From assembly GCA_023245335.1 (NCBI GenBank), contig JAHFKK010000001.1, positions 1,098,053 through 1,162,052 on the forward strand: a stretch of 64,000 nucleotides of DNA, in the 5' to 3' direction. The position numbers were made by a program, and so were the translations under genes. This DNA is from Candidatus Gottesmanbacteria bacterium (lineage in GTDB: Bacteria; Patescibacteriota; Microgenomatia; UBA10105; UBA927). Below the pieces are notes generated by a model. It was not told where the DNA came from and did no database searches. It saw nothing but the letters and a program-made list of their open reading frames with translations. Positions 1 to 9,000 of this stretch are shown here, piece after piece. The stretch's first letter is position 1; every line of letters starts with the position of its first letter.

Positions 1-51
1 TGATATACTGTTTGTGAACATAACGACATTATTATTCAAAAAATAAATCTT

Positions 52-654
52 ATGGATGATCAAAAACCCACAGCACCGACCACCGAAACTATCCCGTCGG
101 AACAACCGATGACCTCGCTGGATCCGTCCGTCTCCGGGCGCTGGTATGTAGTACACACGTATTCCGGCCACGAAAATAAAGTAGCCGCTAACCTCAAACA
201 GCGCATCGAAACACAAAAACTGACGCACAAAATTTTTGAAATCGTGGTACCGACCCGAAATGTCGTCAAGGTAGCACACGGTAAAAAGGAAGAAATCAAG
301 GAAAAAATTTTCCCCGGATACATCCTCGTCAAGATGATCCTCGATGATGACAGCTGGCTCGCCGTACGGACGACTCAGGGAGTTACTGCTTTCGTAGGTG
401 CAGGCAACAAACCCACGCCTATTTCTGACCGCGAAGTAGAGGCGATCCGCAAGTTTATGGCCATGGAAGCACCCAAATACAAAGCATCGTTCTCTGTCTC
501 AGAAGCCGTCAAGATCGTGGACGGACCGTTTGCCGACTTTTTGGGCTCGATCGAGTCTATCGATGAAGAAAAAGGCAAAGTCAAAGTTTTGGTTTCGATA
601 TTCGGACGGGAAACACCGGTTGAATTAGACTTTTTGCAGATCGCTAAACTGTAA
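52..654 (+). CDS. nusG: Transcription termination/antitermination factor NusG
   Basis: 200 aa. Residue-level similarity to E. coli NusG across NGN and KOW domains (RWYVV..SG.E, FPGY.LV.M, IVDGPFADF.G, VSIFGR.TPVELDF). ATG at 52 matches printed sequence. Confidence 0.95.
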   Translation: MDDQKPTAPTTETIPSEQPMTSLDPSVSGRWYVVHTYSGHENKVAANLKQRIETQKLTHKIFEIVVPTRNVVKVAHGKKEEIKEKIFPGYILVKMILDDDSWLAVRTTQGVTAFVGAGNKPTPISDREVEAIRKFMAMEAPKYKASFSVSEAVKIVDGPFADFLGSIESIDEEKGKVKVLVSIFGRETPVELDFLQIAKL

Positions 655-660
655 ACGTCC

Positions 661-1890
661 ATGATACATGTCCTCGCCCGCAGGATAACACGCGAAATTG
701 ATCATTACCGCGCCCTCCCCACCACAACGCGACTTCTCATCACCTCGTACTTCTACCGGAGTGCGGCCTACCCCCTCATCTCTACCTTCGCGAGCGCCTA
801 TATCTGGCAGGCGAATCATAATCTGACGCTTCTCGTCCTCTACCAAATCGCAGCAATGACACTCTTGCCGATAACCTTCGTGTGTAATAAATGGCTATTG
901 AAACATTTTCCGTTTCTTCATCTCTATGGCGCAGGCGTCATGTTCTCTGGGCTCAGCGCATTGCTGGTGGTATTTTTCCGATCAACGGCACCACTATCAT
1001 ATCTCGTGTATGGATCACTGTACGGTATAGGAAACGGCTTCTATTGGGCAAACAGAAACTATCTCACGCTTCGGCATACGACCGCGGAAATTCGCGGTAC
1101 GTTTACCGGCATAAATATAAGCCTTGCGACCGCAACATCCACCATTATCCCCCTTATCGCAGGTTGGTTTATCGTACTAACGGTAAATAGTCGTATATTC
1201 CCCACGTCCCAAATCGGATACGAATGCCTGGTTGGAGTGGCCTTTATCCTGTTGGTTCTCGCTGGGTGGATTATACGGAACGGATCGTTTGCGCAACCGG
1301 TCGTGGCAGAAACCTCTCGCCGCCCGTTTTCCGCGCTCTGGCAGAAAGCACGACTGCTTTCCATCGCCATAGGCCTGGTTGATGCACCGAGTTATATCCT
1401 CCCCACGGTCCTTATCCTCAAAGTGCTCGGGAACGAAGGTATATTGGGATCGGTGACGGGTGTCTTGTCGCTTATCACCGCCGGTGCGACGTACATCGTC
1501 GGGAGAGTACAACACCGATACCGGTTTCTTCCGACGTTTGTCCTGTTTCTCATCCTGTTTGTTATCGCGGGTGCCCCGCTTATGGCGTCAATTGCCGTCT
1601 GGTCCGTCGCGTGGTATCTCATACTCACGACACTTCTCAATAACCTCATTTGGACGGTAAATGAGCCGATTCTCATGGGTATGCAGGACGACGAAGCGCA
1701 CAATAATCACATAACCCATATGCGCCTCATCATAGATCGGGAAATATTCATTGATATGGGGCGGATACTGTGGTTTGTTATATTTTTACTTCTGGCGCTC
1801 AAAGACCAAACGCTTGCATTATCGGTAACAGGGACGTTAAGCGGAATTCTTGCCCTGATCTTTATCTTCCCGACCGTGCGTCAACACTAA
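661..1890 (+). CDS. Polytopic membrane protein, putative MFS-type transporter
   Basis: 409 aa, about 10-12 hydrophobic helices with Gly-rich helices (YGIGNGFYWANRNY). No diagnostic motif. Sits between nusG and rplK where no gene is normally found. Confidence 0.4.
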   Translation: MIHVLARRITREIDHYRALPTTTRLLITSYFYRSAAYPLISTFASAYIWQANHNLTLLVLYQIAAMTLLPITFVCNKWLLKHFPFLHLYGAGVMFSGLSALLVVFFRSTAPLSYLVYGSLYGIGNGFYWANRNYLTLRHTTAEIRGTFTGINISLATATSTIIPLIAGWFIVLTVNSRIFPTSQIGYECLVGVAFILLVLAGWIIRNGSFAQPVVAETSRRPFSALWQKARLLSIAIGLVDAPSYILPTVLILKVLGNEGILGSVTGVLSLITAGATYIVGRVQHRYRFLPTFVLFLILFVIAGAPLMASIAVWSVAWYLILTTLLNNLIWTVNEPILMGMQDDEAHNNHITHMRLIIDREIFIDMGRILWFVIFLLLALKDQTLALSVTGTLSGILALIFIFPTVRQH

Positions 1891-2171
1891 ATCGTCTTGC
1901 CTATCTCATCAAATAATTCTGCTATTCTTTCTTGGGCATCAACATCACGTAAAACTTGCTCACGGTATTTTGCCATAAGTGATCGCGCCCTCCGTCTATT
2001 TCCTTCAAATCGCGCAGCCGATACTCTATCAAATAGCTGATGTTCTTGTGATAGGCCCCTCTGTATAGATCGTATTTGCCAAGCCACCTCCGGATTGCTA
2101 TCCCGTATACTTGCTTGTTGCTTGTCTATGAACATATCCTCATTATACATCGGAGCTCACCAATAGGAATC

Positions 2172-3347
2172 TTATTGATTCGACTTGATGTAGACGTACA
2201 CGCCGAAGCCAACAGCGCTAAGGATGAGGATAAGAAGTATGATTCCAAAAGGATTCCCGCCGCCACCGCCGACAACCGTAAATTGCTCGGCAGCCTGGGC
2301 CTGTCCGTCAGGTTTGGTCGCGACAACCAAGAGATTTTTGGTACCGGGATTCAATTTTTTCGTGAACTGAAACGACCACTTACCGTTTTTGTCCGCATAG
2401 ACTTCTCCGCCGATACCATCCGGATAGACCGTAATCGTAATTTTGGAATCGGGCTCGGCCGTACCGCTTATCAAAGGAGTCTCATTGGTTTGATGCTTAC
2501 TATCGGTAAATCCGCCAACCGTGAGAAGAAGCGCGCGCAGCGCATTGCCTCCGGGACCGGGCGTCGGCGTCGCAAATAGAAATGATCCGCCGTTACCGTC
2601 ACACAGACACCCCGGCTTATCCGAACAGAGTTTGTTCCGACAGGCGCGAAGGGTCGCAAATATCGTAGTACACCCAAGTCCCAACTGGCAGTCAGAGTCG
2701 GTCACGCAGGATTTACCGCATACGTCGATGAGCGCAGGTATCGGCGTCGGAGTCGGCGTGATAGTCGGTATCGGCGTATTGGTGGGGTACGGATGATAAA
2801 TATACGGTGTTGACGTCGGCCGAGGTGTGCTGGTCGGGTACGGCGTACTTGTGGGATTCGGCGTATTGGTGGGAACCGGGGTATTAGTGGGAACCGGGGT
2901 ATTAGTAGCCCGCGGCGTCGGAGAGGGGCTCGGCGTCGGAGATGTAGGCGCTACACACGGACCCTCGTAGGTATGTCCAGCGCAAGCAGTCATGTCAGTC
3001 GTCCATTTGCCTCCGCCGGAGGGACAACACCAGGTATGCCCTCCGCACAGGCCCACCCGTCCGGTGGTGTCACATTGTTGTTGATCCCCATCCGGCTCGG
3101 CGGGACAATTCGTCACATTATTGATAACCCAAGCATAACCATTATTACATTGGTTACAATTGTCAAAACTACACTTACTCGCCTGCTGACGAAGCTCCGT
3201 GGGTCTCACAGCCGCGACTACCGAAAGGATGATACCGATAAAGAGAAGAACGAGAAAAATAAGCGTTTTCGGATCTGTCCAACGAAACACGCCCATCCGG
3301 GAAGAACGGGATACGCCGCGGGCTGAGCGCTTTTTAAACTTGGCCAT
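2172..3347 (-). CDS. Cell-surface protein: N-terminal signal anchor, Cys-rich modules, Pro/Thr-rich linker, Ig-like domain, C-terminal TM anchor
   Basis: 391 aa. N-terminal TM (LIFLVLLFIGIILSVVAAV); two Cys-rich segments; ~70-aa low-complexity linker (PTSPTPSPSPTP...NTPVPTNTP). C-terminal GGGGGNPFGIILLILILSAVGFGVYVYIKSNQ looks like a hydrophobic anchor plus basic tail. Confidence 0.5.
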   Translation of the reverse strand: MAKFKKRSARGVSRSSRMGVFRWTDPKTLIFLVLLFIGIILSVVAAVRPTELRQQASKCSFDNCNQCNNGYAWVINNVTNCPAEPDGDQQQCDTTGRVGLCGGHTWCCPSGGGKWTTDMTACAGHTYEGPCVAPTSPTPSPSPTPRATNTPVPTNTPVPTNTPNPTSTPYPTSTPRPTSTPYIYHPYPTNTPIPTITPTPTPIPALIDVCGKSCVTDSDCQLGLGCTTIFATLRACRNKLCSDKPGCLCDGNGGSFLFATPTPGPGGNALRALLLTVGGFTDSKHQTNETPLISGTAEPDSKITITVYPDGIGGEVYADKNGKWSFQFTKKLNPGTKNLLVVATKPDGQAQAAEQFTVVGGGGGNPFGIILLILILSAVGFGVYVYIKSNQ

Positions 3348-3627
3348 ATGACCTTCTCATCATCGCCAATTTTTGCTCTCAAATCAAGTGGGAGATACGC
3401 CGCTCTTGTTTCTCATCGTCAATTTTGCTATAGTACCCCTTACCACAGTTCGTCTGTGGGAGAAACGGGAAAGTTTCGAACGTAAAGTACTATTGCTTCA
3501 CAATAGCCTCTTCAGTTTGAACGAATCCCCGATTAAACAAAAAGTGAATAGAAAGTAGTGAGTAGTGTATAGAATGTACATCTTGTTTTTCTATATTACC
3601 GCTTAACTATTTGCTTAATTACTAACT

Positions 3628-4056
3628 ATGCCAGCAAGAAAAGTCAAAACATTACTTAAGTTAAACCTGAAGGCGGGCGAAGCAACAGCAGCGCCTCCCG
3701 TAGGACCGGCACTCGGCCAGCACGGACTCGCCATCATGGAATTCGTCAAAGCCTACAATGAACGCACGGCCAAACTCAAAGGCCAGACGATCCCGGCAGT
3801 CATTACCGTATACGATGACCGCACATTTACCTTTGTCACCAAACTTCCGCCTGTGGCGGCCATGATCAAAAAAATTCTGGCTTTGGAAAAAGGCGGCGGA
3901 AAAGCGGGCCGGGAATCCGTCGGGAAATTGACCAAAGACCAAGTGAATCAGATCGCCAAAGATAAATTAGCGGACCTCAACACAGACGATGTCGCCCAGG
4001 CGGCCAAAGTGATCGCCGGCACGGCACGGTCCATGGGGATCCAGGTAGAGAAATAA
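3628..4056 (+). CDS. rplK: 50S ribosomal protein L11
   Basis: 142 aa. Conserved L11 N-terminal block (KLQ..AG.A...PPVGPALGQ.G..IM.F.K.FN). Confidence 0.95.
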   Translation: MPARKVKTLLKLNLKAGEATAAPPVGPALGQHGLAIMEFVKAYNERTAKLKGQTIPAVITVYDDRTFTFVTKLPPVAAMIKKILALEKGGGKAGRESVGKLTKDQVNQIAKDKLADLNTDDVAQAAKVIAGTARSMGIQVEK

Positions 4057-4057
4057 T

Positions 4058-4918
4058 ATGGGTAAAATCAGACAGGTCACCTTAGGTGACGAGGAATCAG
4101 AAAAAGAAGCACGGCGAAAAGCCGAGGCTCGACGTCAAACCAAAGCCTCCAAAAAGGACAAGGTCGAAGGCGTCGGGCTCAAGGGCGGCGAACGCACGGT
4201 GTTGGTCGAAGGCACAGACATCAAGCCGGAATTCAAAAAACTTATCGATGAAGTGGAATCAGAAGACGGAACGGGTACCAAAAAAGTCGTTAAGAAGAAA
4301 AAAGAGACGAAAGTAAAAGTCCGGAGTAAACGATATCTTGAGGCGGCCGCTCAAGTCGACAAAAATAAGCTCTACAGCCTCAAAGATGCGGTCGGACTGG
4401 TGAAAAAAACGAGCTTAACCAAATTTGACGGCACCATAGAACTGCATGTGAGTCTCAATCCTCTGTCTTTGGGTGAAAAGAAAGATTTCCGTACCGGCGT
4501 ATCTCTCCCCCACGGGACCGGTAAAGAAGTGAAGGTAGTCATAGCGGACGAAAAAATCATCGAGGAAATTACCGCAGGCAAAATTAATTTCGACATATTA
4601 GTCGCGCACCCAAGCATGATGCCGAAGTTGGCTAAAGTTGCCCGCATACTGGGTCCCAAAGGCCTCATGCCCAACCCAAAGACCGGTACCGTGACCCCCG
4701 ACCCGGAAAAGCGTGCGAAGGAACTCTCAAGCGGCCAAGTAAACATCAAAACCGAGCCCGGCAACCCGCTTATACACATGCCCGTCGGTAAAGTCAGCTT
4801 TGAGGACAAAGATATTATCGATAACGTCAAGGCTGTGCTTGAGGCATTGGGCAGTAAAGTCGCCAAAGTCACGCTCTCTGCCACCATGGCCCCCGGGGTA
4901 AAAGTACAGCTCGGATAA
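4058..4918 (+). CDS. rplA: 50S ribosomal protein L1 with ~87-aa Lys/Glu-rich N-terminal extension
   Basis: 286 aa. L1 core aligns from about residue 88 (KRYLEAAAQVDKNKLYSL.. vs E. coli TKRMRVIREKVD..), with GPKGLMPNPK.GTVT and following motifs. Start 1 nt after rplK stop. Confidence 0.9.
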   Translation: MGKIRQVTLGDEESEKEARRKAEARRQTKASKKDKVEGVGLKGGERTVLVEGTDIKPEFKKLIDEVESEDGTGTKKVVKKKKETKVKVRSKRYLEAAAQVDKNKLYSLKDAVGLVKKTSLTKFDGTIELHVSLNPLSLGEKKDFRTGVSLPHGTGKEVKVVIADEKIIEEITAGKINFDILVAHPSMMPKLAKVARILGPKGLMPNPKTGTVTPDPEKRAKELSSGQVNIKTEPGNPLIHMPVGKVSFEDKDIIDNVKAVLEALGSKVAKVTLSATMAPGVKVQLG

Positions 4919-5157
4919 AAATATTTACACGTGTTATGAGCGAATCTAAGCCCTCAATTGGAGACGTAATCCGGATTGCCAAACGTGTTCAACAAATAGG
5001 TGAAGAGAATCCAACCGCGAACGTGAGCGTAGAACACCCGGACACGCGGGACGCTAACGAGCGGGCCATTGAAGTCGCACGAGAGAAGGGACGAATTCTG
5101 AAGGCGACGCGAAACCGTCGCCGTCTCGAAAGCCTGGCAAATCGAGGCTCGAAATAG

Positions 5158-5399
5158 AGCGACACGAATAAAAAATGCGGGCTTGTGTCAAAGAACGGTT
5201 TTCTGATATAATAATTTTATCCTAAAGACCGTAGGTTGAGCGTAGCGAAATCCTGAGCCTTGCGAAGGACCGCTATATTCAATAAATCCTACCGAGGGAA
5301 AATTAGTTAATAGTAAGTAGTGAATAGTAATTTTTCTGTTTACTCCTCACTACTCTCTATTTTCTAACTCTCCTCGCTTTAGGCGAGGTTTTTTGTTAT
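5158..5399 (+). promoter_or_regulatory. Putative L10 (rplJL) leader region with terminator-like hairpin immediately upstream of rplJ
   Basis: About 240-nt untranslated gap before rplJ. Hairpin CCTCGC-TTTA-GGCGAGG followed by a T-run at about 5372..5395. Position is analogous to known L10(L12)4-responsive leaders (established for E. coli and B. subtilis). Confidence 0.4.
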
Positions 5400-5927
5400 T
5401 TGGAGGTATATATGCCAACACAGAGGAAGATCGATACGGTAAATAATCTGACGGAAAAACTCGGCAAAGCGAAAGTCGTCGTTCTTGCCGACTACCGGGG
5501 CCTCAAACATAAACAGCTGGAGGAACTTCGAAAAACACTCAAAAAAGACCAGGGGGAATTCATTGTCGCCAAAAATAGGCTCGTCAAACGCGCACTCGGT
5601 GATAAAGCCGCAAGCGTCGAAACCTCCCTTTCCGAATCTACGGCTGTTCTTTTCGCGTATGCCGACGAAGTAGCACCTCTTAAAAACTTATTGAAGTTTT
5701 TCAAAACCGCGGGCTTGGGGAAAACTAAAGTCGGATTCATGGGGAGTACGGTCATGACCGAGGCAGACGTGACGAAACTCGCTTCCCTTCCGACACGGGA
5801 GATACTCCTAGGTAAGCTCGTGGCCCAATTAAACGCTCCGATTCAGGGATTACATCACGGATTACAGTGGAACATAAACAAACTGGTCTGGGTGCTTAGT
5901 TCTATAAAGGAGAAAAAGACAGCATAA
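5400..5927 (+). CDS. rplJ: 50S ribosomal protein L10
   Basis: 175 aa. L10 signature (VVLADYRGL..QL.ELRK.L......VAKN.L...AL). TTG start per ORF track; an ATG at 5412 is alternative. Confidence 0.9.
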   Translation: MEVYMPTQRKIDTVNNLTEKLGKAKVVVLADYRGLKHKQLEELRKTLKKDQGEFIVAKNRLVKRALGDKAASVETSLSESTAVLFAYADEVAPLKNLLKFFKTAGLGKTKVGFMGSTVMTEADVTKLASLPTREILLGKLVAQLNAPIQGLHHGLQWNINKLVWVLSSIKEKKTA

Positions 5928-5937
5928 TACATATCTT

Positions 5938-6012
5938 GCCCTCCTTCGCATAAAGCTACGGAGGGCCTAAGAAACGCTAGACTCATTAACATTCATTACG
6001 CGTTTCTAAGGG
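5938..6012 (+). promoter_or_regulatory. Two consecutive hairpins in rplL 5' UTR (GCCCTCC...GGAGGGC and CCTAAGAAACGC...GCGTTTCTAAGG), the second overlapping the RBS
   Basis: Read directly. First stem is 5938..5966. The second 12-bp stem, 5967..5978 with 6001..6012, includes part of AAGGGAGG just upstream of the rplL start. Confidence 0.35.
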
Positions 6013-6014
6013 AG

Positions 6015-6413
6015 GTGACACAAACAATGGCAAAATTATCGAAAAGCGAAATCATGTCAGCCGTCGAGGAAATGACCGTATTGGAGCTTGCTGACCTCGT
6101 CAAAGCATTAGAAGACAAGTTTGGTGTCACCGCAGCCCCCGTGGCTGTAGCTGGAGCCGCTCCAGCCGCCGCGGACAGTGGTGAACCCAAAGAGGAACAG
6201 ACAGTATGGAACGTCGTACTCGCAAACTCAGGTACGAATAAAATCGGAGTCATTAAGGCAGTCCGAGAAATCGTGCCCACGTTGGGACTCCAAGAAGCGA
6301 AGACTCTCGTTGAATCCGCTCCGAAAGATGTCGTGACAGGAGTGAACAAATCCGCAGCCGAAGAAGCCAAGAAAAAGCTTGAGGCCGCAGGAGCTAAGGT
6401 TGAGCTGAAGTAA
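6015..6413 (+). CDS. rplL: 50S ribosomal protein L7/L12
   Basis: 132 aa. N-terminal dimerisation helix, Ala/Pro hinge, C-terminal domain (GVIKAVRE...[32 protein letters not shown]). Printed numbering suggests the ORF may be 6016..6414; track coordinates are used. Confidence 0.9.
   Translation: MTQTMAKLSKSEIMSAVEEMTVLELADLVKALEDKFGVTAAPVAVAGAAPAAADSGEPKEEQTVWNVVLANSGTNKIGVIKAVREIVPTLGLQEAKTLVESAPKDVVTGVNKSAAEEAKKKLEAAGAKVELK
6373..6413 (+). repeat. Direct repeat copy 1 (last 13 codons of rplL plus stop)
   Basis: AAAAAGCTTGAGGCCGCAGGAGCTAAGGTTGAGCTGAAGTAA recurs perfectly about 148 bp downstream. Confidence 0.85.
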
Positions 6414-6436
6414 ATAAAAAAACTTGTGAAGAAGCT

Positions 6437-6510
6437 CCGTGGCAGTTTCCGAATCTTTGAGGAAATACTGCCACGGATCCTATACTAAACCGCCGCAAGG
6501 CGGTTTTAGT
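6437..6510 (+). terminator. Two stem-loops downstream of rplL; the second is GC-rich and T-flanked (AAACCGCC-GCAA-GGCGGTTTT)
   Basis: CCGTGGCAGT...ACTGCCACGG (10-bp stem, 18-nt loop) then AAACCGCCGCAAGGCGGTTTTAGTAT. An A-run upstream and a T-run downstream indicate a possible bidirectional terminator. Confidence 0.45.
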
Positions 6511-6520
6511 ATGGGACAAA

Positions 6521-6561
6521 AAAAGCTTGAGGCCGCAGGAGCTAAGGTTGAGCTGAAGTAA
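6521..6561 (+). repeat. Direct repeat copy 2 (non-coding duplicate of rplL 3' end)
   Basis: Identical 41-42 bp to 6373..6413; located after the rplL terminator hairpins. Confidence 0.85.
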
Positions 6562-6690
6562 CAGTCTTCCGTCATCCCGAGCGAAGTCGAGGGATCCCAT
6601 TGGGATTGCCACGTCACTTCGCTCCTCGCAATGACACTTACAAAAAATCCCGTCCGCCTCTGGCGGAGGGGATTTTTTGTAGCAGTTTGA
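6562..6690. repeat. Small imperfect palindromic intergenic element (GTCATCCCGAGCGAAGTCGAGGGATCC ... GGGATTGCCACGTCACTTCGCTCCTCGCAATGAC) followed by an A/T-flanked hairpin
   Basis: Imperfect inverted halves with a CGAGCGAAG(T)CGAGGGATC core. This resembles the short palindromic repeat units that often yield spurious small ORFs. A second hairpin, AAAATCCCGTCCGCC-TCTG-GCGGAGGGGATTTT, follows. Confidence 0.5.
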
Positions 6691-6723
6691 CAAGATTGAC
6701 ACTTTCCTGCCACACTTACCACA

Positions 6724-7389
6724 GTGAGCAAGTTTCTCTGGATCTTATTCCTCATGATTGTTCTCGCCGCCCTTAGCGTTATCGGTTATCTAGGGTATAC
6801 CTACAGTGCAAAGTACCTTAGTCCCCCGGCAGCAACGTCTTTTGTCTTCCCGACAAGGAATCCAACGACAATGCCCACCGGACCGCCCAAAAGCACACCA
6901 ACCACCGGACCGCCCAAAACCGTCACCGCCGGTCTTAATCATGCTAGCGGAAGCGCATTCCCCAAATACACCATCCAGGTACCTACAAGCTGGACCGTCG
7001 ATCACAAAAGTACGCCTTCACCTCCTACGGATACACTCACTATCACACAGACTGATTATCAGGTAAAAATTTTCCAGGGAGCTCTGGGTAAAGGCCTACC
7101 ATGCCTCTACCCCGGTGATCCTGATGTATCCGGCTTGAGCTCCCGGTTTACTTCCTATTTCCAGCTCAGCGGACAGGCTGGAATCACGTACCGAGGCGGG
7201 ATAGCAGTCGGAACCACGGGGACGGTAGCGACCCAAAAACTCTACAGCGTATGCATGAAAGACGCAAAAAGCAAATTATACGGCCAGCCCACCATGTTCG
7301 GACAGATTTCCTTAAGTACTCCAATTGCAATCGACACGAATATGCAAAATCAAATGGGTGCCATGATTTCCTCGCTGAAGACACCCTGA
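6724..7389 (+). CDS. Membrane-anchored secreted protein, paralog A (N-terminal TM, Pro/Thr linker, conserved C-terminal domain)
   Basis: 221 aa. TM (FLWILFLMIVLAALSVIGYLGY), PT-rich linker, then a domain shared with the next gene (TVTAGLNH..G..FP.YTI.VP..WTV.H......P.DTLT.T...YQ.KI.Q.A.G...CLYPGDPD). Confidence 0.5.
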   Translation: MSKFLWILFLMIVLAALSVIGYLGYTYSAKYLSPPAATSFVFPTRNPTTMPTGPPKSTPTTGPPKTVTAGLNHASGSAFPKYTIQVPTSWTVDHKSTPSPPTDTLTITQTDYQVKIFQGALGKGLPCLYPGDPDVSGLSSRFTSYFQLSGQAGITYRGGIAVGTTGTVATQKLYSVCMKDAKSKLYGQPTMFGQISLSTPIAIDTNMQNQMGAMISSLKTP

Positions 7390-7390
7390 T

Positions 7391-8080
7391 TTGACAAAAG
7401 AATCTGATGCTGTGACAATTCTTACAATGGATAAATTCTTTACGGCATTCGGGAAAATTATTCTTATTTTGCTCGTGGTCGGAGGCGTAGGATACGCGAC
7501 GTATACATATAGTAAAATCTCCGTTACCCAAACGCCGCAAACCAACCAGGGAGAAACTACTACTGTCCCGTCAACGAACCCGGTCATACCCACTCCTACG
7601 CCACAGCCATTACAGACTGTTACAGCGGGACTTAATCACTCAGGAGGCATCTCTTTCCCCGGCTATACGATATTAGTGCCCGCGGGATGGACGGTAAACC
7701 ACCAAGGCACATCCGGTGCTTCGCCTTCCGATACGCTCACGCTTACAAACAGCGGCTACCAGATAAAAATATATCAGGCGGCGACCGGCGGCGCGCCGTG
7801 TTTATATCCGGGTGATCCCGATCAGGAAGGCCCAAGCAGCCGATTCACATCGTTTATCGAATTCATGGGCTCCAACAATAACACGTTCCGTCGAAGTTCT
7901 TCATCTAATTCTACGGAGGCATCTACGGGATATACCTTATGTATGAAAGGCAACGGCAATACGACGTTTGGGCAACCGACCGGGTTCGGCCATATTTCCT
8001 ATACTGCGCCTTCCAATAATCCCGACGAATCGGTCCTTTCCCGAATGGACGTCATGATCGCTTCCTTACATGCACAATAG
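7391..8080 (+). CDS. Membrane-anchored secreted protein, paralog B (tandem duplicate of 6724..7389)
   Basis: 229 aa; same architecture and about 50% identity over the C-terminal domain to the upstream gene. Start 2 nt after its stop. Confidence 0.5.
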   Translation: MTKESDAVTILTMDKFFTAFGKIILILLVVGGVGYATYTYSKISVTQTPQTNQGETTTVPSTNPVIPTPTPQPLQTVTAGLNHSGGISFPGYTILVPAGWTVNHQGTSGASPSDTLTLTNSGYQIKIYQAATGGAPCLYPGDPDQEGPSSRFTSFIEFMGSNNNTFRRSSSSNSTEASTGYTLCMKGNGNTTFGQPTGFGHISYTAPSNNPDESVLSRMDVMIASLHAQ

Positions 8081-8097
8081 CAAATCGGCCGATAGAA

Positions 8098-8832
8098 TTA
8101 TTTCCACGACCCCAGCCACGTGAGTGTGGGAATCTGCAGGTGAACATCATTCATGAAAAGATTGCGGACCTTCGTGATCACTTCGGGATCGTATGCGGTA
8201 CCGCTCCCCTTCGCCACTTCCTCCATGGCTTCCTTAAGCGTAAATGACCGGTCGTGGTAGCTACGTGGTTCACACCGACTCACGACCTGATCTATGACCG
8301 CTGCCAGCCGAACGACGGGAGACAGCATATCGCCGATGAGGTGGTTGGGGTTACCGGTTCCGTCAAGCTTCTCGTGGTGCCGGGTGACTATCTCGTACAT
8401 GACATTCGGCAATGTCTCACCGGAAATATATTCGTAGCGCTTAAGAAGAGTGACGGCTGTCGTGACATGGTTCTGAAGCGCTGCAAGCTCGGGTGCCGTC
8501 AAATCGGTACGTTTCCGATGCCAGATAGTTGGGTCGGGTGATACTTCTGATTTTCCTATATCGTGAACCGCATATCCGAAAAGGATATCTTCTAACTTCA
8601 CATCTTTGGGGAGGTCGTTGGGATAATGTATATAGTAAAGAGCACTAATCGCGGCTTCGTCTTTTCCATGTTGAAACCAGCGTTCCCGACTATTATCCTG
8701 CAGTCCTCCATCATGGGACCAAATCGGTGCGCGAAGAAGATTGCCGACCCGCGTATCAATCCGGGCCATCATCGGAGCGATTGTGCGATCCCAATGATCC
8801 GGAGAAAAACCGATACGTTCTTTCGTCATCAT
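8098..8832 (-). CDS. HD-GYP-type metal-dependent phosphohydrolase domain protein
   Basis: 244 aa. HDIGK motif and HHEKLDGTGNP (HD-GYP signature HHExxDGxGYP with N for Y). Confidence 0.6.
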   Translation of the reverse strand: MMTKERIGFSPDHWDRTIAPMMARIDTRVGNLLRAPIWSHDGGLQDNSRERWFQHGKDEAAISALYYIHYPNDLPKDVKLEDILFGYAVHDIGKSEVSPDPTIWHRKRTDLTAPELAALQNHVTTAVTLLKRYEYISGETLPNVMYEIVTRHHEKLDGTGNPNHLIGDMLSPVVRLAAVIDQVVSRCEPRSYHDRSFTLKEAMEEVAKGSGTAYDPEVITKVRNLFMNDVHLQIPTLTWLGSWK

Positions 8833-9000
8833 GAATAATGCATTATATCAGAAAATATTCTCACCGCTTATTAGGACACGTCGTACATTTATTTCCCGCA
8901 TGAACAAATTATCCACTTTTTATATTTATACATTTCATTGTGCGACTCCCTATTGACAAGGTTTGATCGAGGATGTACGTTTATGATCACAAAAGATAAC

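Noticed and set aside
4936-5157. 73-aa ORF between rplA and rplJ
   Set aside because: Lies in the expected structured L10 leader region. Hydrophilic with no motif; could be real but unsupported.
6394-6755. Minus-strand ORFs 6394..6702 and 6480..6755
   Set aside because: They span the rplL terminator hairpins, the duplicated rplL 3' end and the palindromic mini-element. The translation (…SLDFARDDG…) is the usual artefact of such palindromic repeats.
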